From: Isurus oxyrinchus
Taxonomy: Eukaryota
NCBI GenBank assembly: GCA_026770705.1
Contig: JANJGN010000151.1
Location: 62,001 to 126,000, forward strand
Reading direction: 5' to 3'
DNA length: 64,000 nt
Both the position numbers and the translations under genes were made by a program. Shown piece after piece: positions 27,860 to 37,539 of this stretch. Every line of letters starts with the position of its first letter. The stretch's first letter is position 1. Under the pieces are notes generated by a model that was not told where the DNA came from, ran no database searches, and was given only the letters and a program-made list of their open reading frames with translations.

Positions 27860-28081
27860 ATTATTTGAACTCTTTCTGTGCCTTGTATCACTATGTCTGT
27901 AATCCCACCATGTTCAGGTTTTTGTATAGCTCTTTCAGTGCTCTGTGTCACTGTGTGTCTGTAATTCCAACATGTTCATGGTTTTTGTACAGCTCTCTCC
28001 GTGCTCTGCATCACTGAGTATCTCTAATCCCCACTATGTTGAGGTTTTTGTACAGCTCCCTCCATGTTCTATATCACTGTG
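27860..28081 (-). repeat. Tandem array of four ~60-63-bp units, each a 23-RSS
   Basis: Plus-strand nonamer ggtttttgt at 28043, 27980 and 27917. Heptamers cactgtg 28075-28081, cactgag 28012-28018, cactgtg 27949-27955, cactatg 27889-27895. Spacers are 23 bp in the first three units. Confidence 0.92.
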
Positions 28082-28381
28082 CTGTGCACCGACTCAGTTC
28101 ACAGTAATAAACAGCGGAGTCGCTTAGTTGTAGTTTGGAGATCGTTAACCAGCTGATTTTCTCGTTAGAATCGATAGAAGCAAAAATTCTCCCCCCGGCA
28201 GCGTTTTCTTTATTCTCCTCTCCTGAAGTGCATCTCTGAAGAAGATATTCAGGAGCCTGTCCTGGGGACTGACGGTACCAGTGTACTGTGCAGAACCCTG
28301 AATATTCACAGTTTAAAGTAACGGCGTCACCGACAGCAGATGTTTGTAGAGGCAAAATCCAGGAAATTATGGAACTGGAAT
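28082..28381 (-). CDS. Leaderless 'supporting' TCR-delta V of a NAR-TCR cassette
   Basis: Acceptor ttctacag|28381, phase 1. DSSSIISWILPLQTSAVGDAVTLNCEYSGFCTVHWYRQSPGQAPEYLLQRCTSGEENKENAAGGRIFASIDSNEKISWLTISKLQLSDSAVYYCELSRCT, with an extra CDR1 Cys. No leader exon seen upstream; splice phase matches the J at 31319. Confidence 0.88.
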
Positions 28382-29611
28382 CTGTAGAATAAGAAAATGA
28401 ACACTATCTTTTTGTTCAGCCACTGTTTATCCAGGAGAATCTGTCAATCGCGCGAATAGCTCTGCTTTTTGCAGTAATTTAATTTGCTGGAAGCCTATTT
28501 GAACCATGTTCACTGTTATGAAAATATGACTAAATGGGGGATGAGGTGATGTTTTATTTTACGTCACGAGTTCTTCCGATCAGGACTGCACTGCCTGAAT
28601 TGGTGTAGGGGATAGATTCAATAGTGACTTTCAAACGGATAATGGGTCTGTATTGGAAATGCAAATAAAAATATAGAGCTCTAGAGTAAATTCATGGGCC
28701 GTGGGAACATTTGTATTGCACTTTTAAAGGGTCAGCGCCAACACAATTGGCCGAATATCATCCTTCCGTGCTGGATAATTCTATGAATTATATTACATTC
28801 CTGTTTCTATTTTCCTTGGTGAGAAACAAACACGAGGGAGTATTTTATGTTCAGCGAGGCAACCAGTTTCCAAAAAAACCATGTTTGTCAGAGAGGGACA
28901 CAGCTGTGTGGCATCACTGCACATAGCAAAATCCAACATAAACTGATGGGGTTCATCAGCACCGATTGGGCCAAACCAAGAGTGAGCATCTCTCGTGGTG
29001 AAAGGTCAATCACTTACTGCGGTTTATAATTGCTCAGGAATTTCTATCTGCCTTTTGCTCTATTTCATTATGCTCTGTCAATAGGGTCCTATTTTCTCCA
29101 GTTCAGCTTAATATCAAATAGGTGCAATTAATTTCATTTTATTTCTTTAATTTTACATTCCCTTTATTTCACATTTATTTTGTGCTGTTGCCTTTTTTGC
29201 AACCGTGGGAACTTGTCCCAATCTCTCTCAGTTGTCGGCTGGGTTCAGTCTGTTCAGTTTCCGCAGTGGTTTTACTGTTACTCACTGGGAACTGCCTCTT
29301 CCGGCTCTCTGACAATTTCAATTCTTTCCGCACGTTAACTGATTCTGTCCCAGGTTCTCTGGCTGGAGTTTTCTCACAATTTTACATTATCGAGGAAGAA
29401 GAATGCGGAAGAGGAATGAACCATTCAGCCTGTGTATATAATCAATTCCCGCTTGACCCCACCAGAAATCTAATTGACCATTTACATCCAGCTCCCTGTG
29501 TTGGTCTGTTCCATTCTCCCTCCTCTATTTTCAAGTGATCCAATAAATATATCAATACTTTCTCCAACCTCTCCCTGAGGCAGCAAGTTCCACATTCTGA
29601 CCTGCCTTTGT
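28311..29611. repeat. Left arm of 1.3-kb inverted duplication (partner 33574-34828)
   Basis: Collinear reverse-complement similarity, e.g. ORFs 29122-29538(+) and 33783-33998(-) share WEL.P.SLSCRL.SVCSVSAVVLLLLTGNCLFRLSDNF. Confidence 0.92.
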
Positions 29612-29849
29612 TTAAATTCATTTGTCTTAAATGTTTGAACTGTTCTGTTAGCTACTGTCATGTGTTGACAGCTATTGCTTTAGACTCAACTTGTCCAGGT
29701 TAAACCCGTTCAATATTCAAAGATTTATATGGATTCTCCTTGTGGTTCTGTATTCCAGAAAAAAGAGACCCAGCCTGTTCAATCTTCCCAGAGAGATGTG
29801 GATTGTTGATGATTGTTTCTTCCCTCAGGAGTGTAAGAAACAAAAGCAG

Positions 29850-30400
29850 AGAATCCAATCAATAGAAGTAGGAGCCACCATATCACCTTTCAAACCTGCT
29901 CAGCCATTCAGTAATATCCTGGCTGATTTACAACCGCAACGTCACATTCCCGCACTCTCCCCATATCCCTGATCCCTTTAGTGTCCGAAAACCTATCGAA
30001 TGTTGTCTAGAATGCATACAGATTAGGAACACCCAGCGCTCTCTGAGTTACAGAATGCCACAGATTAACAACAGTGGTTCTATTGAAGATTTATTTTCCT
30101 TCTCAGTTCTAATCGATGACTCTTTATTCTGAATCTGTGACCCCGAGTTATATACCCCTCAGTCTGGGGAGACACTGACCCAGAATCTGCCCTATCAAGT
30201 CCCTTCAGAATATTATATGTTTTCATGAGATCACCTCTCATTCTTCTAAACTCTAGGAAATATAGGCCGAGACGACTAAATCTCATCCCATTTGGCAATC
30301 CCTTCATCTCACGAATCAGTCTGATGAACGTTTGTTGCACTCCTTCCAATGACGATTGATCTCCCTTCTGTAAGGGGACCAAAACTTTACACAGCATTCC
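29850..30400 (-). mobile_element. CR1-like LINE fragment in the J to supporting-V intron
   Basis: ORF 30080-30397: LEGVQQTFIRLIREMKGL...RLGLYFLEFRRMRGDLMKTYNILKGLDR. Confidence 0.88.
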
Positions 30401-31318
30401 GGACTGGAGTCTATTTCAGTCCTTCCCTCCATAAACCTCACCTACCACCGAGTCGGAATTTACTTTGAAAATCGCCCAGAAATCATCCAATCGTTCTCTC
30501 CCTTTCGATTATTTTTTTCTTGCTGGTTCTAAATGAGCATTCTCCTTGTTTATAATTGTTTCCTTATGTCCCTTTTCTCCTTTATAAGATTAATACATCA
30601 TTCTCACTTTCTCACTGCACTGTGCTGTTTCAATTCACAGGAATCAGGGATACAGATAAATTACAGCAATCCCATATCTCAAACATCTACATTCAATATA
30701 GAGAAGTGTCTGCATTTCCAAACTTTCACATTTCATTTTGAGGACGGAAAAGGAGGAAAGTGATTGGTTCTATAAAGGCAATTGAAAGAAATGGCACAGA
30801 CAATGTCACTAATTTTCGTGACTGATTGTCCAAATATAGAATTCAACCTGGATCCACATCAGGATCTCATATATCTGAGGCCCCTTGTGTCACTCTCCCA
30901 TTTTTCTTCCGGGTCAGTTCTGGAACGAGCCGCTGCAGGTCTCCGAACTGGCCGCAGTTGTATTGAGTTTATTCACCCGGTACCTCATTCACATTGTGCG
31001 GCTCAGACTGCAATCTGCTGCCCAGGAGAGAGCTCTGGGACCTCGCTCCAGGGCTCTAAGGGACAGATAGATCTGCCTCGGTCACAGTTAATACGGGGTG
31101 TGGAGTCCTGAGTGTTGACAATCTGCGCTCATTAAAAGCGATTCAGAGTGTGAGAGTCCGTGGTGTTGATGGTGTCCCCGATGTGCCCGTTGAACTAATA
31201 ATGGTCCAGATTCCGTCGACTCTAACATCTCCCCCAAACTCCACTGATATCAATAATAAACTGACGGTGAACATTACCCGAGACAGGCTGTAACCCGATG
31301 GAGTATGGAGTCACTTAC

Positions 31319-31365
31319 CGGCTGTAACAGTCAACACTGTCCCGGATCCATCCACATAATATTTC
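31319..31365 (-). CDS. NAR-TCR J segment
   Basis: KYYVDGSGTVLTVTA + G|gtaagt donor; preceded by a 23-RSS (plus-strand cacagtg 31366-31372, 23 bp, acaacaacc 31396-31404). Confidence 0.9.
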
Positions 31366-31738
31366 CACAGTGACTCCGCTCTCAGTGTCCCCGGTACAAC
31401 AACCACCGACACCTTAACCTGCCGGGAAATCATCATCAGACAGTAGAAACTGCCCAATTATTCAACTGATTTAAATAAATAAACAATTTTCAAAGTCTCT
31501 GTCGGTTCAAACTCTTCTTTTTAAGGCACTGAGCTCAGAGTAAATGGTTCGGGAACGAGATAATAGCTTCACAAAAACCGAGCAGAACAACAAAGAACGA
31601 TAACTGAATAATGGAAATTACAATGAATTGTAATCAGATTCCAGAGATAATAACATCAACCCGACAATTCACTATCCGGACGCAGAGAATTTATATTGTG
31701 ATTGGGCAGAGGTATTTGTTAAGGTCTCTCCCACTGTG

Positions 31739-31757
31739 ATTCCAGGTACCCCATCCA
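31739..31757 (-). other. NAR-TCR D segment (tggatggggtacctggaat) with 12/12 RSS
   Basis: 3' RSS cacagtg-12-acaaatacc (31738-31711). 5' RSS catagtg-12-ataaaatcc (31758-31785). All three frames are open (WMGYLE / GWGTWN / DGVPG). Confidence 0.85.
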
Positions 31758-32082
31758 CATAGTGTTACAAGTCAGTATAAAATCCCTCGGGTACTTGCGA
31801 AGATTTGGGGACATCATAAACAGCGGGGGCAGCGGTTCCCGGTTCCAGCTGTTAGACCAGGATCACATCTGGCATTAGGGGTTTCTAACTGGGATCAATC
31901 ATTCCCAATCCCCATTCACTGACACCAATCCCGGGAAAGACATCACCATCCACACACACTCAAGATGTTAACAGCAATAATCCAGTCTCATTATAAAATA
32001 GACAGTGTGACGCGGAACTGTGGGGGTTTAACTGCAGATTAACTCCGCTCTTTCATTTGTTTCTGTGATAATCTACAGTGAG

Positions 32083-32120
32083 AGTTTTTGTATCGCGGGA
32101 AGCTGAGACCTATCACTGTG
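32083..32120 (-). other. 22-bp-spacer RSS of the NAR-TCR V
   Basis: cacagtg-ataggtctcagcttcccgcgat-acaaaaact. Confidence 0.92.
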
Positions 32121-32596
32121 TATCTGTAATACCGGTACTAAGCTTTACAGTAATAGGTGGCGGTGTCTTCAACTCTCAATTCCTGAATTTCCAGCGAAAA
32201 TGTCTTTTGTGCTTTATTCACCGACACAACAAATCTCCCCCCGCTGGAGATCCGCTCCCGCTCTGTCCCGGTCTGGGTTTGTCTGAAGAAATATCCCGTC
32301 TGGAAATAATCCCGCAAAGCACCGGAGAAAACACAGGTGATGGTGAGAGACTGACACTCCTTCCAGGTCACCGCTGCCGGGGTCTGTGTCACTGACTGAC
32401 TGAAAAAGCCTGGAAATTAAACAGAGAGAGTTTAATGGACCATCAGAGAACCACAGTGCGGGGTTAAACCCCAGACAGTGTCTGTAGTTGGGATGGACTC
32501 GAGCAGCTTTATATTAAATCCACACAATGTCGGTTTGTTTGATCACTACTCACGGGGTAAACAGAGACACAGCGTGAAAACAAAGAGGATTCCCAT
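32121..32596 (-). CDS. IgNAR-like V of NAR-TCR (leader 32596-32554, V exon 32409-32121); in-frame TAG after YYCKA, possible pseudogene
   Basis: Leader MGILFVFTLCLCLP|gtgagt. V: RFFSQSVTQTPAAVTWKECQSLTITCVFSGALRDYFQTGYFFRQTQTGTERERISSGGRFVVSVNKAQKTFSLEIQELRVEDTATYYCKA*. It has the CDR2-deleted VNAR architecture (..ERIS.GGRFV.SVNK..K.FSL.I..LRVED) and an extra FR1 Cys. Confidence 0.92.
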
Positions 32597-33573
32597 CGTT
32601 CTTCTGCCTGGAGCTGAGGGTTAATATGACGGGGAGCTGGAGACTGCAGTCCTGGACTGCACTGGGAGACCGGGCCTCAGAGCTAGACTGAAATACTTTA
32701 GGGGGATCGAAGTTGATTTGCACGGGGCGGTACCGCTGAGATCATTGATGGGCCGGACGGTTCCCAGGTCGCTGGCTAAGTGTTGTGTGAATAAGAGACA
32801 GGTTTATAAAAGGAGGCTGCAATTTTCTGACTCCACATTTGGATTGTGATCCGGATGTGAAAGCCCCTCCCACAATACTCTGGTGTACAGGAGTGGGGAA
32901 GGGGAGCTTTTCTTTCTGCCAGTTGTGCTGCCGCCTTCATTTCCCCACTGGAATGAACTGGAAGGTCGGTGTATGTGTTTGTTTTGGTTTGTTAAAGGTG
33001 AAATGTGGGCCCAGGGCACCAGGTGAATCCCCACGTACCGCTCTTATTCTAATATTCTGGACATTGTTTAACATCACCCTGAATGGGCTAGTGGGGCATC
33101 AGTTAGACGTCTGACCTGAAGGCCGGCGCCTCAGGTCCGGCATCTTCCATGGCCCAGCGACTGGAGTTCAGGTTACAATATGATGAGCTGCAGTTACATT
33201 ACTAATATCCTGGCAGACGTAGACAACATACACCAAGGCTAAGTAGCAGCTGGTTAGCTCCCCTGGCTAGGTGGCTAGTGTCTGGTTTGGAATAATGCCA
33301 ATAACATAGTTTCTGTCCGCATTCTGGCTGAGGTTGACTTGAGTCCTTCCTGCTCCTGCGAGTGGAAGGCAATTAAAAACCACGACAAACAAAGCTGCCA
33401 AGAAAACAGCTCAATGCGAAGTAATTGCAGAAAATCGTCCAAGGACCTGCCCAGGCGCAGAGCACACGTGAATGAATGCAAACTCTCCCTGTCATTTAAC
33501 CAAATGCTTCCTGCACCAGCCCTGCGGTGCGTTATACGTATTTCAGTCATGTTTGATTTCCAGTTTGGGAATA

Positions 33574-34828
33574 CACAAAGACAAGTCAGAATGAGGAACC
33601 TGCTGTGGCAGGGAATAGTTGGAAATAGCATTGATGTATTTATTGGAACACTTGAAAATACAGGACGGAGAACGGAACAGACCAACATAGGGAGCTGGAT
33701 GGAAATAATCAGTTAGATTTCGGGCGGGGTCAAATTGTAATGGATTATATCCACAGGCCGAATGGCCCATTCTTCTTTTTCATTATTCTTCCTCTGTAAT
33801 GTAAAATTGAGAGAAAACTCCGCCCAGAGAACCCGGGAGATAATCAGTCAATGTGCGGAAAGAATCGAAATTGTCCGAGAGCCGAAAGAGGCAGTTCCCA
33901 GTGAGTAACAGTAAAACCACTGCGGAAACTGAACAGACTGAAACCAACCGACAACTGAGAGAGTTTGGGGCAAGCTCCCACGATTGGAAGAACCGCAAAC
34001 AGCAGAACGTAAATGTGAAATAAAGGAAACATGAAATAATATAAATAAAATGAAATTCATTGTGAATATTCCAAATGAACTGAACTGCAGAAAATTGGAG
34101 CCTATTGGTAGAACATAGAGAAATAGAGTAAAGGACAGATAGAAGCTCCCGGACAGTTTAAAACCGCAGTAAATGATTGACATTTGACCACTGATGTTAA
34201 CTCTCGGTTTGGCAAAATCGGTGCTAATGATGCCCATTTTTGTTGGATCTTGCAATGCGCAGATGTGTTCCTCTGCGACAAACATGTTTTTTTAAAAACT
34301 GATTGCCTCACTGATCATAAAATGTTGCATCTGGTTTGTCTCTCAACAGGGAAAATAGAAACGGGAATGTAGTATAATTCATAGAATTATCCAGCATGGA
34401 AGTTTGATATTCGACCCATCGTGTAGGTGCTGCATCTTTAAAAGTATAATTCAATTAATCCCACTACCCAAGAATTTTCTCCATATCCAGCACAGATCCA
34501 TTATCAGTTTGAAAGGTACAATGGAATCTATTCCAATCAGGCAGTGAAGCCCTGATTGGAAGATTTCGCTGTGGAAAAGAAAATATCACCTCATTCCTGA
34601 CTTGATCCTAATTTAATAACCGTGAATATGTTTCGCACCGGCTTCAAACAAAGAAAATTACTGCACAAACAGAGCTATTCACGCGATTGGCAAATTCCCC
34701 CGGACAAACACTGGCTAAACGAAAGGATATTTTTTTTTTTATCCTCCAGATTCCAATTCCCTGGTGTCCTGGAATCCCCCTGTACAAACCCCTGCTGCCG
34801 GTGACACAGTTACTTTAAACTGTGAATA
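33574..34828. repeat. Right arm of 1.3-kb inverted duplication
   Basis: Reverse-complement paralog of 28311-29611. Confidence 0.92.
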
Positions 34829-34829
34829 G
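34750..34829 (+). pseudogene. Truncated second supporting V-delta
   Basis: Acceptor ctccag|34750; DSNSLVSWNPPVQTPAAGDTVTLNCE*, paralogous to 28381-28310; the rest is lost. Confidence 0.85.
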
Positions 34830-35283
34830 GGATGGGCAGGTAATACTGGTTCGGCCAGCAACGTTCAATATCACGAAAGCATGGAAAAAACCGTCCTCAA
34901 TCTGTAGCCCGTTCGGACAGTCAAACCAACGAGTGTTGCTACTGCACTTGGGTCTCTGTCAATTATCTCAGTTCAAGTACTGATAAAGTTCTGTTAGAAG
35001 CGCACTTTTTTATCTCTCCGCAGATGCTGCCTGACTTCACTTTTTATATAACCCAGCCCCTACTGCCTTCTGGTGGCGAGCGTGTGTAAATATTTTCAAA
35101 CGAGGTTCAGTGAAATTGGGTGACTCAGAGTCATGTGCTCTGCTGAAAAGCCAACATAACTGATATCAGTATTGAACATAGGAACAAGCTAGATTCTCTA
35201 TATAGTTATGTTGTGATGGTCTTCACATCTGGTCGCCTCGTAATTGAGTTTTTGAAGTGGATTTTCAAATCTACACACCGGTG

Positions 35284-35609
35284 TACCGGTATGAGTGTTT
35301 AACTTGTTTCCAACCCAGTGAGTCTCAGGGAGCAGGAGTAAACTGTAGCGTCAGTTAGATACAGTCCAGTGATGATTAAAGTGATGAATTTTGTCACGCT
35401 TCTGATATGTGCATTTTAGCAAAATCCGCTTTATTTTACAGAACCGTTCGGGTAGCATATAAAACTACGCATTGGCTGTGTTTCAGCTTATTGCTGGTAC
35501 CATTTGCCTTCCCATGTTGCATCATCGGTACATTTTAAGCTCACTTCTTCTACTTTTGTCTTAACTCTTGCGGATAGTGGCTGAATAACAGAATCTTCAT
35601 GGCTCAGAT
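35284..35609 (-). pseudogene. TCR V pseudogene (inverted paralog of 8979-9267)
   Basis: SHEDSVIQP...VSLKC...WYQQ*AETQP...NKADFAK...DATVYSCSLR; degenerate RSS cactggg-23-accggtaca. Confidence 0.8.
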
Positions 35610-36329
35610 CTCAAAAATATGTTCCAATAGGAAAGATCAAAGGCAGTCTCTTGGTCTGGAGGAGGTTTATTGTGAAAATCAGATGCACCACCACTGTCCA
35701 AAAACTTCTTTAAAAAACAACTGGGGAAGAATTTAGAATCGGAAATTGTTGAACGTAATCTTGAGCCCGGAGGGCTAACAAATTCTGTGAAGACTTACCT
35801 TGTAGTTCCATGTCACCACCACCAGAGGGCGGTGGAGGACTGTGTTGGGTTCTGAGTCGGGGCGAGTTCCAGACTCACAATAGTGTTTAGAAACTTTACT
35901 GAAGAAAATTGACTAAAAAAATGCAAAAATATAAACGTTACTTTCTGCCAATGTTTCTTTTATTCTTGGTGTGTTGTAAATATGGAAAGAAAAGGTCACA
36001 TTGCAATCCATGTGGGGAAGCACACGGGCTCAAACTATAAAATGAGATGTTTGGACATTCCTGTTGTCACAATGAGATTGAACACAGTGTGGAATAAAGG
36101 CTCAGCCAGAATGCGGGAGGAAAATACTCGAGAATCCTTGGATGCTTAGTTGAAGATGAGATTTAGGAGATCTATAGTAGTAAGGAGGCAATATCTGTTC
36201 TAATTTGTAACTAACGTGAGGGCTGCAGATTGGCGGGAATTCCCGTGAATGATTGAACCATGCAATTGTCAGTATGCACCACCATACATCAGCGTGATTC
36301 AATGAGAAATATTGAAAGTGGGCCATCTA

Positions 36330-36968
36330 GTGTGAACTCAGGGACAGTGTGAGCTGTGTCAGTGTGAAACACTGAGTCTGGGCGGCTTGGTGTGAGCTCA
36401 GAGGCAGCATGAATTGTGTCAGTGTGAAACAGAGTATGGGCAGCCTGGTGTGAGCTCAGAGGCAGCGTGAGCTGTGTCAGTGTGAAACACTGATTATGGG
36501 CAGCCTGGTGTGAGCCCAGAGGCAGCGTGAGCTGTGTCAGTGTGAAACACTGAGTATGGGCAGCCTGGCGTGAGCTAAGAGGCAGCGTGAGCTGTGTCAG
36601 TGTGAAACACTGATTATGGGCAGCCTGGTGTGAGCCCAGAGGCAGCGTGAGCTGTGTCAGTGTGAAACACTGAGTATGGGCAGCCTGGCGTGAGCTAAGA
36701 GGCAGTGTGAGCTGTGTCAGTGTGAAACACTGAGCATGGGCAGCCTGGTGTGAGCTAAGAGGCAGCGTGAGCTGTGTCAGTGTGAAACACTGAGTATGGG
36801 CAGCCTGGTGTGAGCTAAGAGGCAGCGTGAGCTGTGTCAGTGTGAAACACTGAGTATGGGCAGCCTGGTGTGAGCTAAGAGGCAGTGTGAGCTGTGTCAG
36901 TGTGAAACACTGAGTATGGGCAGCCTGGTGTGAGCTCAGAGGCAGCGTGAGCTGTGTCAGTGCGAAAC
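36330..36968. repeat. 60-bp minisatellite, ~10.5 copies
   Basis: Unit gggcagcctggtgtgagctaagaggcagcgtgagctgtgtcagtgtgaaacactgagtat. Confidence 0.97.
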
Positions 36969-37399
36969 TTCTAGTAGGTAAGCTCCATGACTCATTTTCT
37001 TTCGTTAGGTCGATAGGAAGGCGCCTCTGAGTGGCTCCTTGTTAAGTTTTCAAAATAAAATGTCCATCTTCTGATTTTAACCTGACCCCCTGGAGAATTG
37101 CTTCAGCCTGTATTGCATGTGTTGTGATGAAGCTTCGGATTTGCCGAGTATTTCTGCTGTTTTCAACTCTGATCAGCACGGAGGTGATCGGTGAAGATAA
37201 GGTGATGCAGCTCCATCAGTGGATGGTTGTTAGTGAAATGGGAATCATATCATATCATCATAATTGCATCTGACATCGCGCGTTGGTGCAGACAGCTCCG
37301 GAATCTGACCATCACCCACCGCCCTCCACCTCCCCCCCAGCCGAACCGCCGCCACCCCGTCAGCATCTGGTGATGGCCACAAGAAGGACTGATCAACAC

Positions 37400-37539
37400 G
37401 AGATGATCACTGCTTCAATCGAGGGGGGCAACAAACGCTTTGCCATGACTGAGGCACGCTCAGGTTATAGACACTGCCACCGATCTGTGCTCCATAAGGT
37501 GACAGCCTAACGATCAAATGTTGAGCTCGTACAGAAACC
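37400..37539 (+). pseudogene. TCR V relic (paralog of 7374-7520)
   Basis: EMITASIEGGNKRFAMT...DTATDLCSIR, then gacagcc-23-acagaaacc (37501-37539). Confidence 0.6.

Noticed and set aside
27956-28042. Inter-RSS sequences acting as D segments
   Set aside because: No correctly oriented 5' RSS precedes them; all RSSs face the same way.
30782-31111. 109-aa ORF in the cassette intron
   Set aside because: No Ig or other motif, antisense to the cassette, and no splice evidence.
31786-32082. Additional D segments between the NAR V and D
   Set aside because: Heptamer-like words lack correctly spaced nonamers.
36330-36968. CRISPR-like array
   Set aside because: Head-to-tail units with no unique spacers in vertebrate DNA; it is a minisatellite.
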